Positions 1 to 11,267 of a stretch of 64,000 bases of DNA are shown one piece after another; positions within the stretch are counted from its first letter, which is position 1; each line of letters begins with the position of its first letter. This DNA comes from Heptranchias perlo (Eukaryota), in the NCBI RefSeq assembly GCF_035084215.1, contig NC_090363.1, positions 12,338,001-12,402,000 on the forward strand, given 5' to 3'. The notes under the pieces were generated by a model that did no database searches, was not told the DNA's origin, and saw only the letters and a program-made list of their open reading frames with translations. The position numbers and the translations under genes were made by a program.

Positions 1-436
1 TTAATTAAGATTTAAAAATTACCTCCTTAATTTTGGAAAGCACAAGGTTAAGTGCAATAGGCCTTTAGTTAGAAAGTCTGAGCAATCGACGTTCTTTGGG
101 ATAGAACGTTGGCAAACAGCTCTATAAGTAAAAAGGATATGAGGAATGAATGCAACCGACAGTGTGTAAACAGATCAACACGTGGCTGAGATCAGACACA
201 TGCATCTCGAAAACCATAGGAAGAATTCTACCAGAGTTAGAGTTTTTTGGAGTTAATGAAAGGCATGATCCAACATACAGTTTATTATAATGTTGAAACA
301 TTACATAATGTGGCCGTGAGAATGCCTTGAAGACATTTTAGTGAGGTTTCACTATATGATTGGTATATTAATATATTCCAATTTGGCTTTCACAAGCTTA
401 ATCCACATTCAAACATGTGCCTGGGGCAGGAAATCA

Positions 437-2310
437 ACATAGGAACAAGAGTAAACCATTTAGTCCCTCGACCCTTTCCGCTGTTCAATGAGATCATGGC
501 TGATCTGTATCCTAACTCCATCCACCCGCCTTGGTTCCTGATCCTTAAACAACCTTGGCTGGCAAAACTTTAATCGATGTAAGATTTATAATTATTAATT
601 GAAGGAGCATCTGTTGCTTTTTGTGGGAGAGAGTTCCACATTGCTACCACTCTATGTGTGAAGAAATGTTTCCTAATTTCTCACCTCAAAAGCCTGGTTA
701 TGATTTTACGGTTATGTCCCCTTGTCCGAGACTCCCCAACCAGCGGATTTTTTTCCCCTCCACCGACCCTATCATATCCTTTCCAAATCCAAAAAAAGTC
801 AATCAAATCACCCGTTAACCTTTTATATTCGTGGGACTACAAGACTGGTTCGTGTATTCTCAGCATATAATCTAACACTTGGAGCCCTGGTAACATTTCT
901 TCACTCAGAGGGTGGTGAACCTATGGAATTCTCTGCCACAGAAGGCTATGGAGGCCAAGTCACTGAACATATTTAAGAAGGAGCCAGATAGATTTCTAGA
1001 CACAAAAGACATCAAGGGGTATGGGGAGAGAGTGGGAATATGGTGTTGAGATAAAGGATCAGCCATGATCATATTGAATGGCGGAGCAGGCTCAAAAGGG
1101 CGGAATGGCCTATTCCTGCTCCTATTTTCTAAGTTTCCATGTAACATTCTGGTGAATTTGCGCTGCACTCCTTCCAAGGCCAATATATCCTTTCTGAACT
1201 GCAGTGCCCAGAACTGTACACAGTACTCTTGATGTAGTCTAACCAGGGCTTTGGAAAGCTGGAGCAAACCTTCCTCCCCTTTATATTCTAGCCCTCCACT
1301 TATAAAGGCTAACATTCCATTAGTCTTTGTGATTATTTTTTTTTACCTGACTACAACATTTTAGTGATCTGTGTAGATGGACCATTAAATATCGTTGGAC
1401 CTGCACTGATCCTAACTTTTCACCATTTAAAAATACTCGGATCAATCCTTTTTTGGTCCAAAATGGATGACCTCACACTTGTCTGAAATTAAATTTCAAT
1501 AACTTGGCCACAACAAAAGTTAGACTAACAGATTTTTAATTTCCTGGTACTTCTCTCTCGCATCTTTCTTAAATAAAGGTTTTACATTTGCAGTATTCCA
1601 ATCTAAAGACGCAATTCCAGAATCGAGAGAGTTTTGGAAGAGTATGGCTAAAGCATCTGCAATTTCCTCACCGACTTCCTTTAAAATCCAGGCGTGGAAA
1701 CCATCAGGCCCTGAGGATTTGTCAGTCTATACTGCCCTTATTAATCCTAATTTTGTTGTCTTGCTTACATTAACGTCAGTGAGTTTCAGTCCTTGATTCA
1801 TTATTAATTTCCCTGGAATGTCAGATATATTATCCTTTTCCTCTACTGTGAAGATTGACACAAAATAATTATTCAACAAGTCTGCCACTTCCTTATTTTC
1901 ATTTGAAATATTACCAGCGTCTGTTTTGATTACCGTTTTTCTTCTAATATAATCGTAAACACCTTTTGTGTTAATCTTGGTATCCCTCGCAAGTTTCTTT
2001 TCATATTCCGTTTTTGCAGCTCTTATTATCTCTTTTTGTTTCCTTTGCTGTTCTTTATATCACCACCAGACCCCTGGATCTACACTATTCCTTGCACTTT
2101 TTAAATGCTCTTTCGTTTAGTTTTATGTTACCTCTCATCTTTTTATTCTGCCATGGCTCTTCATTGGTACGTTACATTATTTTTTGAACACCGCCCACTG
2201 ATCATCGGTAGTTTTACTCGTAAACAGTTTTGATAAGTTTGCTTTCGTCAGTCTCTGTCTCACCGCTTTAAAGTTAGACATATCACCATCTAGAATCTTA
2301 GTAATCGTGT
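437..2310 (-). mobile_element. Decayed CR1 LINE, ORF2 3' part (paralogues ~12980-14230, ~24215-26145, ~34765-36640, ~46240-47512, ~57488-59417)
   Basis: Minus-strand peptides LVRLHLEYCVQFW..RKDILALEGVQRKFTRM and TRGHNLKI..FFTHRVV..WNSLP; CR1 3' UTR motif aatgagatcatggctgatct. Confidence 0.88.
898..1140 (+). mobile_element. 5'-truncated CR1 3' end nested in the older CR1 (also ~24677-24920, ~35226-35468, ~57949-58192; absent from B units)
   Basis: FFTQRVVNLWNSLP-type end plus 3' UTR and ttctatgtt-like tail, flanked by gtaacatt direct repeats. The empty site ctggtaacattcacgtgaat is at ~13410. Confidence 0.85.
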
Positions 2311-2325
2311 TAGGTTTCTCCTTCG

Positions 2326-2610
2326 GGAATGAATCATTCCCTTTTAACCACTGTGTACTGTACATGTACAGGACTGACACTGAAACACACACGGGCCGTA
2401 CAGTACCAGATGTGAGCAAATCATTCTCTTTTCCCCTTGTGTACTGTACTTATAAAGGAGCTGACATTAGGACACAAACACAGGCCGTACAATACCAGAA
2501 GGGCGTGACTTAGTCCCTTTTTCCCGCTGTGTGCTGTCCATGTGCAGAAGCTGACACTGAGACATACACGGGCCATACTGTCCCAGACGGGAGTGAACCA
2601 TTCCCCTTTA
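2326..2610. repeat. ~88-bp minisatellite (also ~14925-15290, ~27405-27640, ~36652-36936, ~48207-48572, ~60677-60910)
   Basis: 3-4 degenerate copies of gggagtgaatcattccc..ctgtgtgctgtacatgtacaggagctgacactgagacacac..gccatacagtaccagac; unit starts at 15008, 15096, 15184 and 15271. Confidence 0.85.
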
Positions 2611-2639
2611 ATATGTAACGTGTTACATTGTGTTACATA

Positions 2640-3175
2640 GCATTTACAACAGAGAAACAATCCATTCGGACTTTCTCCGACATGAAGTTATCATGCTTCC
2701 CCTTAACTACATTTATAGCTTCCGCCTTAACTTCTCCATGTGGTAGCAAGTTCCATTCTCTAACAACTCTGTGGGAAAAGACGTTGCCCCTGAATTTTTC
2801 ATTGGATTTATTAGTGACTATTTTATTTTCATGGCCCCTCGTTTTGGACTCCTCCACAACTGGTAACATCTTCTCTACTTCTAACCTCTCAAACACCTTC
2901 ATAATCCTGAAGACCTCTATTAGGTCACCCATCAGCCTTCCCTTTTCTTGAGAAAAGATGTCCAGCCTGTTTGGTCTTTCTTAAAATGTTGATATCATCC
3001 ATGTAATTTTTTTTGGAATCTTCTCTAGTGCCTCGATACCCTTTTGTAACATGGAGACCGCAGTACTCAAAGTTTGGTCGAACCAACGTTCTATTTTGGT
3101 TTAACATAACTTCTCTGCTTTTCAATTCTATTCGTTTAGAAATGAACCCCTGTGTGTTGTTTGTATTTTTATGGC
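2640..3175 (-). mobile_element. CR1 LINE 3' fragment (also ~15310-15955, ~36966-37500, ~48592-49240; deleted in C)
   Basis: GDLIEVFRIMK..ESKTRGH..FSHRVVREWNLLP peptide. Confidence 0.85.
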
Positions 3176-3179
3176 CTTG

Positions 3180-4390
3180 TATGGAGCAGGATGGTGCGCT
3201 CAAACGTGTCAAAGTCTGAGGTCATGTCGAGAAGGGTGAGGAGGGATGGTTCACCACGGTCACAGTCACATGGGATGTCATTTGTGACTTTGATAAGTTC
3301 CGTTTCAATCCTGTGGCAGGAGCGGAAACCTGATTGGAGGGGTTCAAACATGGAATAGGGGGAAAGATGGGCACGGATTTCGGGAGGAGACAACAACTTC
3401 AAGGACATTGGAGCGGAAATGCAGGTTGGAGATTGTAGTTTGCAAGGGCAGATGGGCGAAGGTGTTCTTTTGAGCAGGGTTGTGATGACGACAGATTTAA
3501 AGGAGAGCGAGCCAGTAAAATAGCCATTGATTTGCTTCAAATTCTGACACAAAAGAGTTCACAGCGTGAGAGAAGTTTAGGAATACACGTCAGTCAGAAA
3601 TACAAAATCTTGGAGATGCTTAACAAGCCTGTTAACATGTGGAAGAGAAACTCAGGTTAAAACTCTGCATGAGGATCCTCACGTTAAACCTGATGGCCAC
3701 AGTTATTCCAGGCAGCTTAGAACAGGGAAACGTTAATATCATCAGCTAACATGGGGCTAGGAAGTGAAGTTGGGTGGACAGCAGTTTGGTGGGAATAGGG
3801 TCGAGGTAGCAGGAGGTGGTCAAGACTAGCTCGGAGAGCGCATGAGGAGAGACAGGCGAGAAAGTAGAGAAAGGTGGAAGTTCAAGGCTAGGGCAGGGAG
3901 GAACCTTGGGGTAAGTTTGGCTTCGTGGGTTAAGGGAAAGCAGGGAAGCGGCAGAGGCAGCAGAACGGATGGTCTCAATCTTAGTAATAACGAAGTCCAT
4001 GAGCTCGTCGCACTTGTTGTTGGAGCTGACTGCAGAGGGGCAGTGATTAGAGGTTCAAGAATACCGTTTGCAATGGAGAAATGACGCCGGGGTTAATGTT
4101 ATCATTCCAGGATGGTCCTGGAATATTGAGCAATTTTGGCAGAGGAGAATAGGACACGATAAAGCTTTATGTAGTCCAGCCAGATCTGGCAATGGATTGT
4201 TATACCAGTTGTCCGCCGTAAATGTTCAAGTCTGGGTCCCTTGGACTTCAGGGAGGGGAGATGTGGGCTGTAACGGGGGTAAGGACCAGGGTGAGAGGCA
4301 ATAATTGTTTTAATGGAGCAAGGGCATCAAAGTTGGAGGTACGGTGTGATTGAGCAGATCGGTAGCCATTAGGTACAGTGTAGATATTTT
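3180..4390 (-). mobile_element. L2-clade LINE ORF2 fragment interrupted by a ~205-bp insert (also ~15958-17165, ~37506-38716, ~49243-50450; partial in C at ~28433-28855 and ~60913-61345)
   Basis: FEPLQSGFR..H.TETALIKVTNDI..LLILLDL...FDT (RT motif) and MDF.ITKIETIR..LDPIPTKLL, typical of L2. Confidence 0.85.
3513..3718 (-). repeat. ~205-bp segment that is an inverted copy of GPCR intron 1 sequence 5518-5875 (also 16294-16500 vs ~18958-19305, and in A2/B2)
   Basis: The reverse complement reads gctgcctggaataactgtggccatcaggtttaacgtgaggatcc...tgtcagaatttgaagcaaatcaatggctattttactg, which matches the intron. Confidence 0.85.
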
Positions 4391-4982
4391 ATATTGAAAA
4401 AAATATGCATTCAGGGTACGACAATGACTAACAGTCACTCAATCGCCGACCATGTTGCGCTGGTGAAATTGTGTTCGTCGCACCAGCACCTGATTGAACG
4501 GTGCTGCCGGGTGATGACCCATTTTATATTCCCCTCCCAGCTCCGATATTGTATCTCATGTTGTCAATGCGATTTACTCTATCACTCTATCACTCTCACA
4601 GCTTTTTGGTATGATTTGCACTTTGACGGTTAAGTGCTAACTGACAGGTTCACATTTTATTCCCCTCCTTCTCCAATTCACTTTTAATTTTTAGAACTGG
4701 AACAACGGAGCCTTCGTAGAATTAATTAAAGCATCGAGTTACCAAGAGCTAAATAACGTCATCAAGAAACTGCTTTGAGGTCACAGTTTCAGCGCGGGGG
4801 ATGACTGAGCCTCAGAGTGCCCAGTGGAGCCTCGATTTTCGCACTGCCTCATTAAATGATCGTGGAGCGCACTTTACTCATTGATTTGGAAAATAAATAT
4901 GTTCTAATATGTTTGTTCGAAGGCCCGTGGCTAATACCATCTCTTATGTAAAACCACTGTGTCCCTGTGGGATTGACTGGTG

Positions 4983-4989
4983 TATAAAA
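4983..4989 (+). promoter_or_regulatory. TATA box of GPCR A1 (equivalents at 17737, ~29439, ~39309, ~51022, ~61929)
   Basis: gactggtgTATAAAAc is conserved in all six units, about 83 bp upstream of the exon 1 ATG. Confidence 0.7.
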
Positions 4990-5065
4990 CAGCTCCTGTT
5001 TCAGTTCATTGTCTTTGTGTTCAAACCACACCCTTGCTTCCACGATTGTCCGGTTTCGGCAGGAA

Positions 5066-5135
5066 ATGGGACGGGCAGCAGTTTTCTCCGAATCAGTCAT
5101 TTGCTATCCAATTCTTGCAATTATTGGTCTTCCCA
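5066..5135 (+). pseudogene. GPCR A1 exon 1 (MGRAAVFSESVICYPILAIIGLP), first coding exon of the nonsense-disabled copy
   Basis: ATG in gaaATGG context; 70-nt phase-1 exon ending at a GTAAGT donor (5136). It joins exon 2 in frame to give ...YPILAIIGLPTNLMSVVILSRGKCGLS (TM1). Confidence 0.85.
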
Positions 5136-5147
5136 GTAAGTAATAAA

Positions 5148-5278
5148 TTAATGACGAAAGGTCATCGACCTGAAACGTTAACTCTGTTCCTTTCTCCAAA
5201 GATGCTGCCTCACTGAGTATTTTCAGCATTTTCTGTTTTTATTTCAGAGTTCCAGAATCCGCAGTATTCTGCGCTTGC
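5148..5278 (+). mobile_element. Penelope-like element-derived fragment with degenerate hammerhead ribozyme at the start of intron 1 (also ~17905, ~29607, ~39477, ~51190, ~62097)
   Basis: (a)TGACGA-A-AGGTC-ATC-GACCT-GAAA-CGTT-AACT fits a minimal hammerhead layout with the first core C lost, followed by cagatgctgcc..ctgagtatttccagcattttctgtttttatttcag. Confidence 0.65.
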
Positions 5279-5684
5279 AGTAATAACAAGCAATTATTAT
5301 GTGGACCATTTTTAAAATGCATTGTTGCTTTCACAATGTGCTGTTTGCCTCCATCTCTTTCTTCCTTGGTTGCCCATTTTATGGTAAGTTTATTGAATAG
5401 AAAGCGCTCACTTTGCCTTACTTCTTATAAAAGGAAAACTATTGTGATATTATATAAGGCTCTCTAAATGCATACATCAAATGCAAGTTCTCCCGTTTGT
5501 TAAACGCCTTGCAATCAGCTACATGGAATAACTGTGACCATCAGGTTTATCGTGAGGACCCTTATGCGGAGTTTTAACCAGAGTTTATCTTCCAAATGTC
5601 AACAGGCCGGTTACGCATCTCCAAGATTCAGTATACCTGACTCACGTGAATTCCTAAACTTCTCCCACGCTGTGAATTGACTTT

Positions 5685-5832
5685 GGGGGCGAATTCAACC
5701 TAACCCGACTGTCGGGAAACTGACGGGATCGTGTGCATCGCTGGTTTAATACCCCATCCCATTTTATCCACTATTGAACGCAAAGGGTTCTAAAACCGGC
5801 GTTTCACGCCATACTTGGGTTAAAATTACCCC
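5685..5832. mobile_element. ~148-bp MITE in intron 1 (also 19114-19261, ~40011-40158, ~52395-52542)
   Basis: Imperfect TIRs ggggcgaattcaacc / ggttaaaattacccc and an internal palindrome (ctggttttatacccca..tggggtgtaaaaccgg in B). Absent from the inverted copy at 3513-3718. Confidence 0.7.
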
Positions 5833-6225
5833 TTCTGTCGCATAATTTGAAGGAAATCAATGGCTGTTTTACTGAACTCTCTTCATCACTTGCTCAGGAT
5901 GAAATGGCTTCTCATAAGTAATGTGTCTCCGAAAATATCATTGACAAAATCGTGAAAGTGTCACAGTAAATCACGTGTGTCAAAGGAGGAGCCAATTTCC
6001 AGCAATTCGTATGCTGCACATACTTTATTCTCGACTGGAATCACTTAAATCAGCAGATAGTAGTGAGTGAATTTGGCACTGTCCTGATCTGGTTCTCTCA
6101 GTACAGCACCCGGTGAGACTGGGAGGAATCCGTCTCAGTAACAAGCCTCCTTTCTCACAAATACCAAACAGCCAATTCCAAAGGAGTGTGATTTTATATC
6201 TTGTTTTTTTTTCAATTTATTTCAG

Positions 6226-7121
6226 CAAACCTGATGTCAGTTGTGATCCTGTCCCGGGGAAAGTGCGGTCTCTCCAAAGGAATCACTCGTTACATGGCGG
6301 CCATGGCAGTAGCAGATCTAATGGTTTGCATGTTTAATGTAATATTACGAAATATCTTCAGGTATCATTTTCGAGATTCATGGTTGAGCTACACTTACGT
6401 GTGCCGTTTTACTGCTTTTATACAAGTATTTAGTAGCCAGCTCTCTGTCTGGTTCACAGTTTCATTCACCTTTGACCGCTTCATATCAATTTGTTGTCAG
6501 AAACTAAAATTGAAATATTGCACCGAATGAACTGCCAGTGTAGTTTTAACGACCATATGTGTGCTCAGCTTTTTGATGAATATTCCTGTTTATTTCCGAT
6601 TTGAGCCATACTATATGGTTGATCATATACAGTGGGGCTGCCGTACAGTTACAGGATATTTTTCTTCACCGGCATGGGTAGCTTACAAATGGATTAGCAC
6701 TCTCTCATTCCCAATTCTCCCATTCCCTTTGTTATTGCTGTTAAATTCTCTCACTGCCAGGCACATCTTAGTGGCCAGTAGATCTCGCAGAGCCCTGAAG
6801 AGCCGAAACAATGGGGAGAACAGCAGTGATCCCGAGATGAAGAACCGAAGAACATCCATCATTCTGCTCTTCGCTGTCTCGGGGAGTTTTATTGTGTTGT
6901 GGACGCCGATTACTGTAATAAACATCTGTGTCGGTGTGACGGAGACACCTACTTTCAAAGGTTCAAACTCACTTTATTTGGCAATTAGAATCACACTTCT
7001 GCTGATGTATTTGAGCTCCTGCACGAACACGTGCATTTATGCATTGACCCAGAGGAGATTCCGAGAGGAGATGAAGAATATGGTGAAATATCCGGTTACT
7101 TTCGTTATCAAGTTATTTTAA
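6226..7121 (+). pseudogene. GPCR A1 exon 2, GPR139/GPR142-like class A receptor with premature stop
   Basis: tttcAG acceptor; ADL (TM2), FTFDRF (DRY equivalent), LWTP (TM6) and TNTCIY (NPxxY equivalent). AGA->TGA at 6528-6530, where the other five copies have Arg, splits the ORF into 6201-6530 and 6561-7121. Confidence 0.9.
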
Positions 7122-7381
7122 TAATTAAATTTTATTTACTCGCATTTTCCTGGGATCTAGGTTCGTTGTTGCAACTTGAAGTGTTCGGCTGAGGCCAGGT
7201 ATTGCACCCATTGGTTCTCATCCTTCCACAACACCAGTTGTCCATTTTCCTACCTCACAAGGTGATGGCAGTTCCGCTGCTGTTCCAAAACTCGCCATAC
7301 CGATATGAGAAAACGAATCGCACCGAATTCTCTAAACATATTACTGATAGAATGTTTTGCGGTATCTAAAAGTTCACAACA

Positions 7382-7608
7382 TTTCACAATGGTTCATTTT
7401 TTGAGATGAAAGGACAGAGAGCGAAGGTCCCCATCAGTTCTTGGCAAATTTCGGAATATTCCCTTTGGCTCCTATGAGTGAAAATACCAGATACTCACCG
7501 TGAAGAGTCCATCTGGTCTGTACATGTGAGGGCATCAGTGACTCATTGGGGATATTTCTTCTGTATCCAATCCGTCAGGTTATCAGTGTGATCCCTATGT
7601 CTAAAGGG
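7382..7608. repeat. Left arm of the inverted pair with 11268-11748, continuing at 10322-10372 after the CR1 insertions (also ~20790-21014, ~31229-31450, ~41706-41932, ~54071-54295, ~63776-64000)
   Basis: ttcacaatggttcattttttgagatgaaa..gtccccatcagttcttggcaaa is the reverse complement of tttgtcaagcactgatgggaatc..tttcatctcaaaaatgaacaattgtgaa. Confidence 0.75.
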
Positions 7609-7635
7609 TTGGAAGTTATGCTCCAGTGATACAAA

Positions 7636-9742
7636 CGTAGAAACATATGGAAACATAGAAAATAGGAGCAGGAGTAGGCATTCGTCACATCAAGCCTGTT
7701 CCGCCATTCATTATAATCATGGCTGACCCTCTATCTCAATGCCATATTCCCGCTTGCTCCCCATACCCCTTGATGCCTTCAGTGTCGAGAAATTTATCTA
7801 GCTCCTTCTTAAATATATTTAGTGAATTGGCCTCTACAGCCTTCTGTGGTAGAGAATTCCACAGATTCACCACACTCTGAGTGAAGAAGCTTCTCCTCAT
7901 CTCAGTCCTAAATGGCCTACCCCATATCCTGAGACTGTGACTCCTCGTTCTGTATCCCACAGCCAGGGGAAACATCCGCCCTGCATCCGGTCTGTCTAGC
8001 CCTGTCAGAGTTTTACATATTTCAATGAATACCCTCTCATTCTTCTCAACTGGAGTAAATACAGGCCGAGTCGACCCAATCTCTCCTCAAACGACAGTGC
8101 TGCCATCCCAGGAATCAGCCTGGTGAACATTCGTTGCACTCCCTCTAAGGCAATTATATCCTTTATTAGATAAGGAGACCAAAACTGCATACAATACTCC
8201 AGATGTGGTCTCACCAAGCCCTGTATAACTGCAGTAAGACATATTAGCTCCTGTACTCAAATCCTCTTGCAATGAAGGCCAACATACCATTTGCCTTCCT
8301 AACTGCTTGCTGCACCTGCATGTTTGCTTTCAGTGACTGGTGTACAAAGACACCCAGGTCCCTTTGTACATTAACATTTCCCAGTCCATCACCATTTAAA
8401 TGATACTCTGCCTTTCTGTTTTTTCTTCCGAAGTGGATAACTTCACATTTATCCACATTATACTGCATCTGCCATGTATTTGCCCACTCACTCAACTTAC
8501 CTCAATCGCCTTGATGCCTCTTTGCTTTCTCCTCACATTTCATGATCCCACCTAATTTTGTGTCGTCAGCAAACTTGGAAATATTACATTTGGTTGTCGT
8601 CTCCAAATCATTGATATATATTGTGAATAGCTGGGGCCCAAGCACTGATCCCTGCGGTAACCCACTAGTCACTGCCTGCCACCCCGAAAAAGACCCATTT
8701 ATTCCAACTCTCTGTTTCCTGACTGTTAACCAATTTTCAATCCACGACAGTATATTACCCCCAATCCAATGTGCTTTCATTTTTCATGTGGGTCTTTATC
8801 AAAGGCTTTCTGAAATTCCAAATAAACCACATCTACTGGTTCTCTCTTACCTATTCTACCAGTTATATCCTCAATAAACTGCAGTGATTTTGTCAAACAT
8901 GATTATCCTTTCAGAAATCCATGTTGACTTTGTCTAATCCCTTTGATATTTTCTAAGTGTCCTGTTATCACATCCTTTATAATAGACTCTAGCATTTTTC
9001 CTACTACTGATGTTAGGCTACCCGGTCTGTTTTCCCTGTTTTCTCTCTCCCTCAATTTTTAAAATAGTGGGCTTACATTTGCCACCCTCCAATCTGCAGG
9101 AACTGTTCCATAATCGATCGAATTTTGGAAAATGACAACTCATGCATCCACTATTTCCATGGCTACCGCTTTCAGTATTCTGGGATGCACATTATCAGGC
9201 CCTGTGGATTTATCGGCTTTCAGTCCCATTAATTTCTCCAGTACTATTTTTTTACTAATACTAATTTCCTTTAATTCCTCCTTCTCACTACTCCCTTGGT
9301 TCCCTAGCATTTCTGGGAAGTTATTTGTGTCCTTTTCCGTGAAGACAAAACCAAAGTATTTGTTCAATTGCTCTGCAATTTCCTTCTTCCCCATTATAAA
9401 TTCTTCCGTTTCTGACTGTAAGGGACTTACATTTGTCTTCGCTAATCTTCTTCTTTTTACATACTTATTGAAGCTTTTACAGTCCACTTCTATGTCCCTT
9501 GCAAGTTTACTCTCATACTCTATTTTTCCCTTCTTAATTGATCTCTTGATCCTTTTTTGCTGAATTCTAAACTGCTCCCAATCTTCAGGCTTGCTTCTTT
9601 TTCCGGTAACTTTATATGATTCCTCTTTTGATCTAATACTATTCTTAATTTCTTTTGTTAGCCACGGTTAGGCCGCTTTTCCTTTTGTGTTTTCGTGCCA
9701 GAAAGGAATGTATAATTGTTGCAATGCATGCATTGCTTCCTG
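7636..9742 (-). mobile_element. ~2.1-kb 5'-truncated CR1, A-unit specific, nested in a + strand CR1 (A2 copy ~41960-42930 has an internal 1136-bp deletion)
   Basis: RT motifs SGLPQGSVLGPQLFTIYINDL..KFADDTKL; WQMQYNVDKCEVIHFG; (agaaacat)n tail; atacaaa duplicated at 7629 and 9745. Confidence 0.92.
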
Positions 9743-10322
9743 TTATACAAAGCCCTGGTTAGACCGCACCTGGAGAACTGTGTACAGTTCAAAGTACCTC
9801 AAAATGGAAAGGATATTGAACTTGATGGAAGGGCAGCGTTGATTTACTAGAATGATACTTGGACTCCAAGGGTTCAATTGTGAGAGATTACACAAACTAG
9901 GGTTGTATTCCCTGGAATGTGGAAGATTAAGGGGTGATTTGCTCGAAGTTTTCAAGATATTAAAGGGAACTGATATGGTAGATCGAGAGAAAGTATTTAC
10001 GCTGGTTGAGGACTCTAGGACTAGGGGACATAGCCGAAAAATTACAGCCAGCATCTTGAGGAGTGAAGTTAGGAAACGCTTCCACACGCAAAGAATGATA
10101 GAAGTTTGGAACTCGCTTCGGCAAACGGCAGTTGATGCTAACTCAATTGTTAATTGTTAATCTGAGATTGATAGATTTTTGTCAACTAAAGGTGTCAAGC
10201 GATTTGGGGCGAAGGCGGGTATATTGAGTTAGATCAGAGATCAGCCATGAATTCATTAAATGGCAGAACAGGCTCGAGGGGTTAAATGGCCTACTCATGT
10301 GCCTATGATCCAATGTTCCAAT
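9743..10322 (+). mobile_element. CR1 3' fragment (starts at ~7609 before the nested insertion; also ~21015-21612, ~31450-32050, ~42931-43510, ~54296-54893)
   Basis: RLHKLGLYSLE..RLRGDLLEVFKILKG..SRTRGH..VWNSL peptide plus CR1 3' UTR and (cctatgtt)-like tail. Confidence 0.87.
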
Positions 10323-10519
10323 GATATCAGAACCATAACAATATGGTATGTAATTCTGCAACAAGTAAGGGACAGAAATTGTGTTTCTTTGTGACAAGGT
10401 CCACAGAGCTCTCCTGACGGGAGATTGATAGACACAGGAAGTCACATCGTTGGGTGTGCGAGGTTATATAACAATTGGACCATATTGTAAAATAGTAGAA
10501 TTTGTTTTTAAATTTATTC

Positions 10520-10900
10520 TCAGAATGTGTACATCCCTGGCTAGGCCGGCATTTATTGCCCAGCGCTAGTTGACGTGAGAAGGTGATGACGGACCTTCTT
10601 CCTTGAATCATCTTTATTGGTATGATACAACTGTGTGGCTTGCATGTCCATTATGAGGGTAGATAAGAGTCAACCAAGTAACAATAGGCCAGAATCTATG
10701 ACAGTTTTCCTTCCCTAAAGGACATCATTGAACCGATTCGGTTTTTAAAACTATCAGATTGCCTTATGATCACTTTTACTGGCTTTTTTTCCAGATGTCC
10801 AGGGAAACAGAATTAAAATTCTCATAAAGCGGTGGTGCAATTTGAACTCAAGGTCTCCGAATTACTAGCCCAGGAATATAACCGCTTCATTGTCGTAACC
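10520..10900 (-). mobile_element. Decayed tRNA-type SINE with LINE-derived tail (also ~21805-22115, ~32248-32615, ~43708-44088, ~55086-55396)
   Basis: The tail ggcatttattgccc..tgagaaggtg is homologous to the LINE 3' end at 18140. A head-like segment (tttgaactc..attactagcccag..taacc) gives reverse-complemented B-box/A-box-like motifs. Confidence 0.65.
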
Positions 10901-11267
10901 GTTATATCATTATAATGCACTGTCAAGCTTGCCCAATTCATAAATCTGTGCCTTGTTTGTTAAAGATCTGCTCCAATTAGAAGATTATGATTTGATTTTT
11001 GGCTTTAGGAGCTCAACTATTCGCTTCAATGCTCAAGGACTGAGAACATGTAGAAGTTGGGCGGGGTCCATTCTCCTGGTCAAATTTAAATGACCTCTCT
11101 GCGAAAGTATGCCTGTCTGTAGGCTGGGAGCAGCTCAGCTTGAGTTAAACCTAGAGTACATCACATGTGGAGAATCACAATGCATCCTGACAAGCAGTGA
11201 AAGATCACACGCTCTGGACCATGTGTCATACTTCGCAGAAAACCACCGCCTATGTTTGCACGTGAAA

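Noticed and set aside
2326-2610. Regularly spaced repeats resembling a CRISPR array
   Set aside because: Whole units are homologous with no unique spacers; vertebrate context and no cas genes.
6683-6958. 91-aa antisense ORF repeated in all six receptor copies
   Set aside because: Shadow of the near-identical GPCR exon; no independent motifs or splice/promoter evidence.
7636-9742. Possible functional reverse transcriptase gene
   Set aside because: 5'-truncated, frameshifted and internally deleted CR1 fragment.
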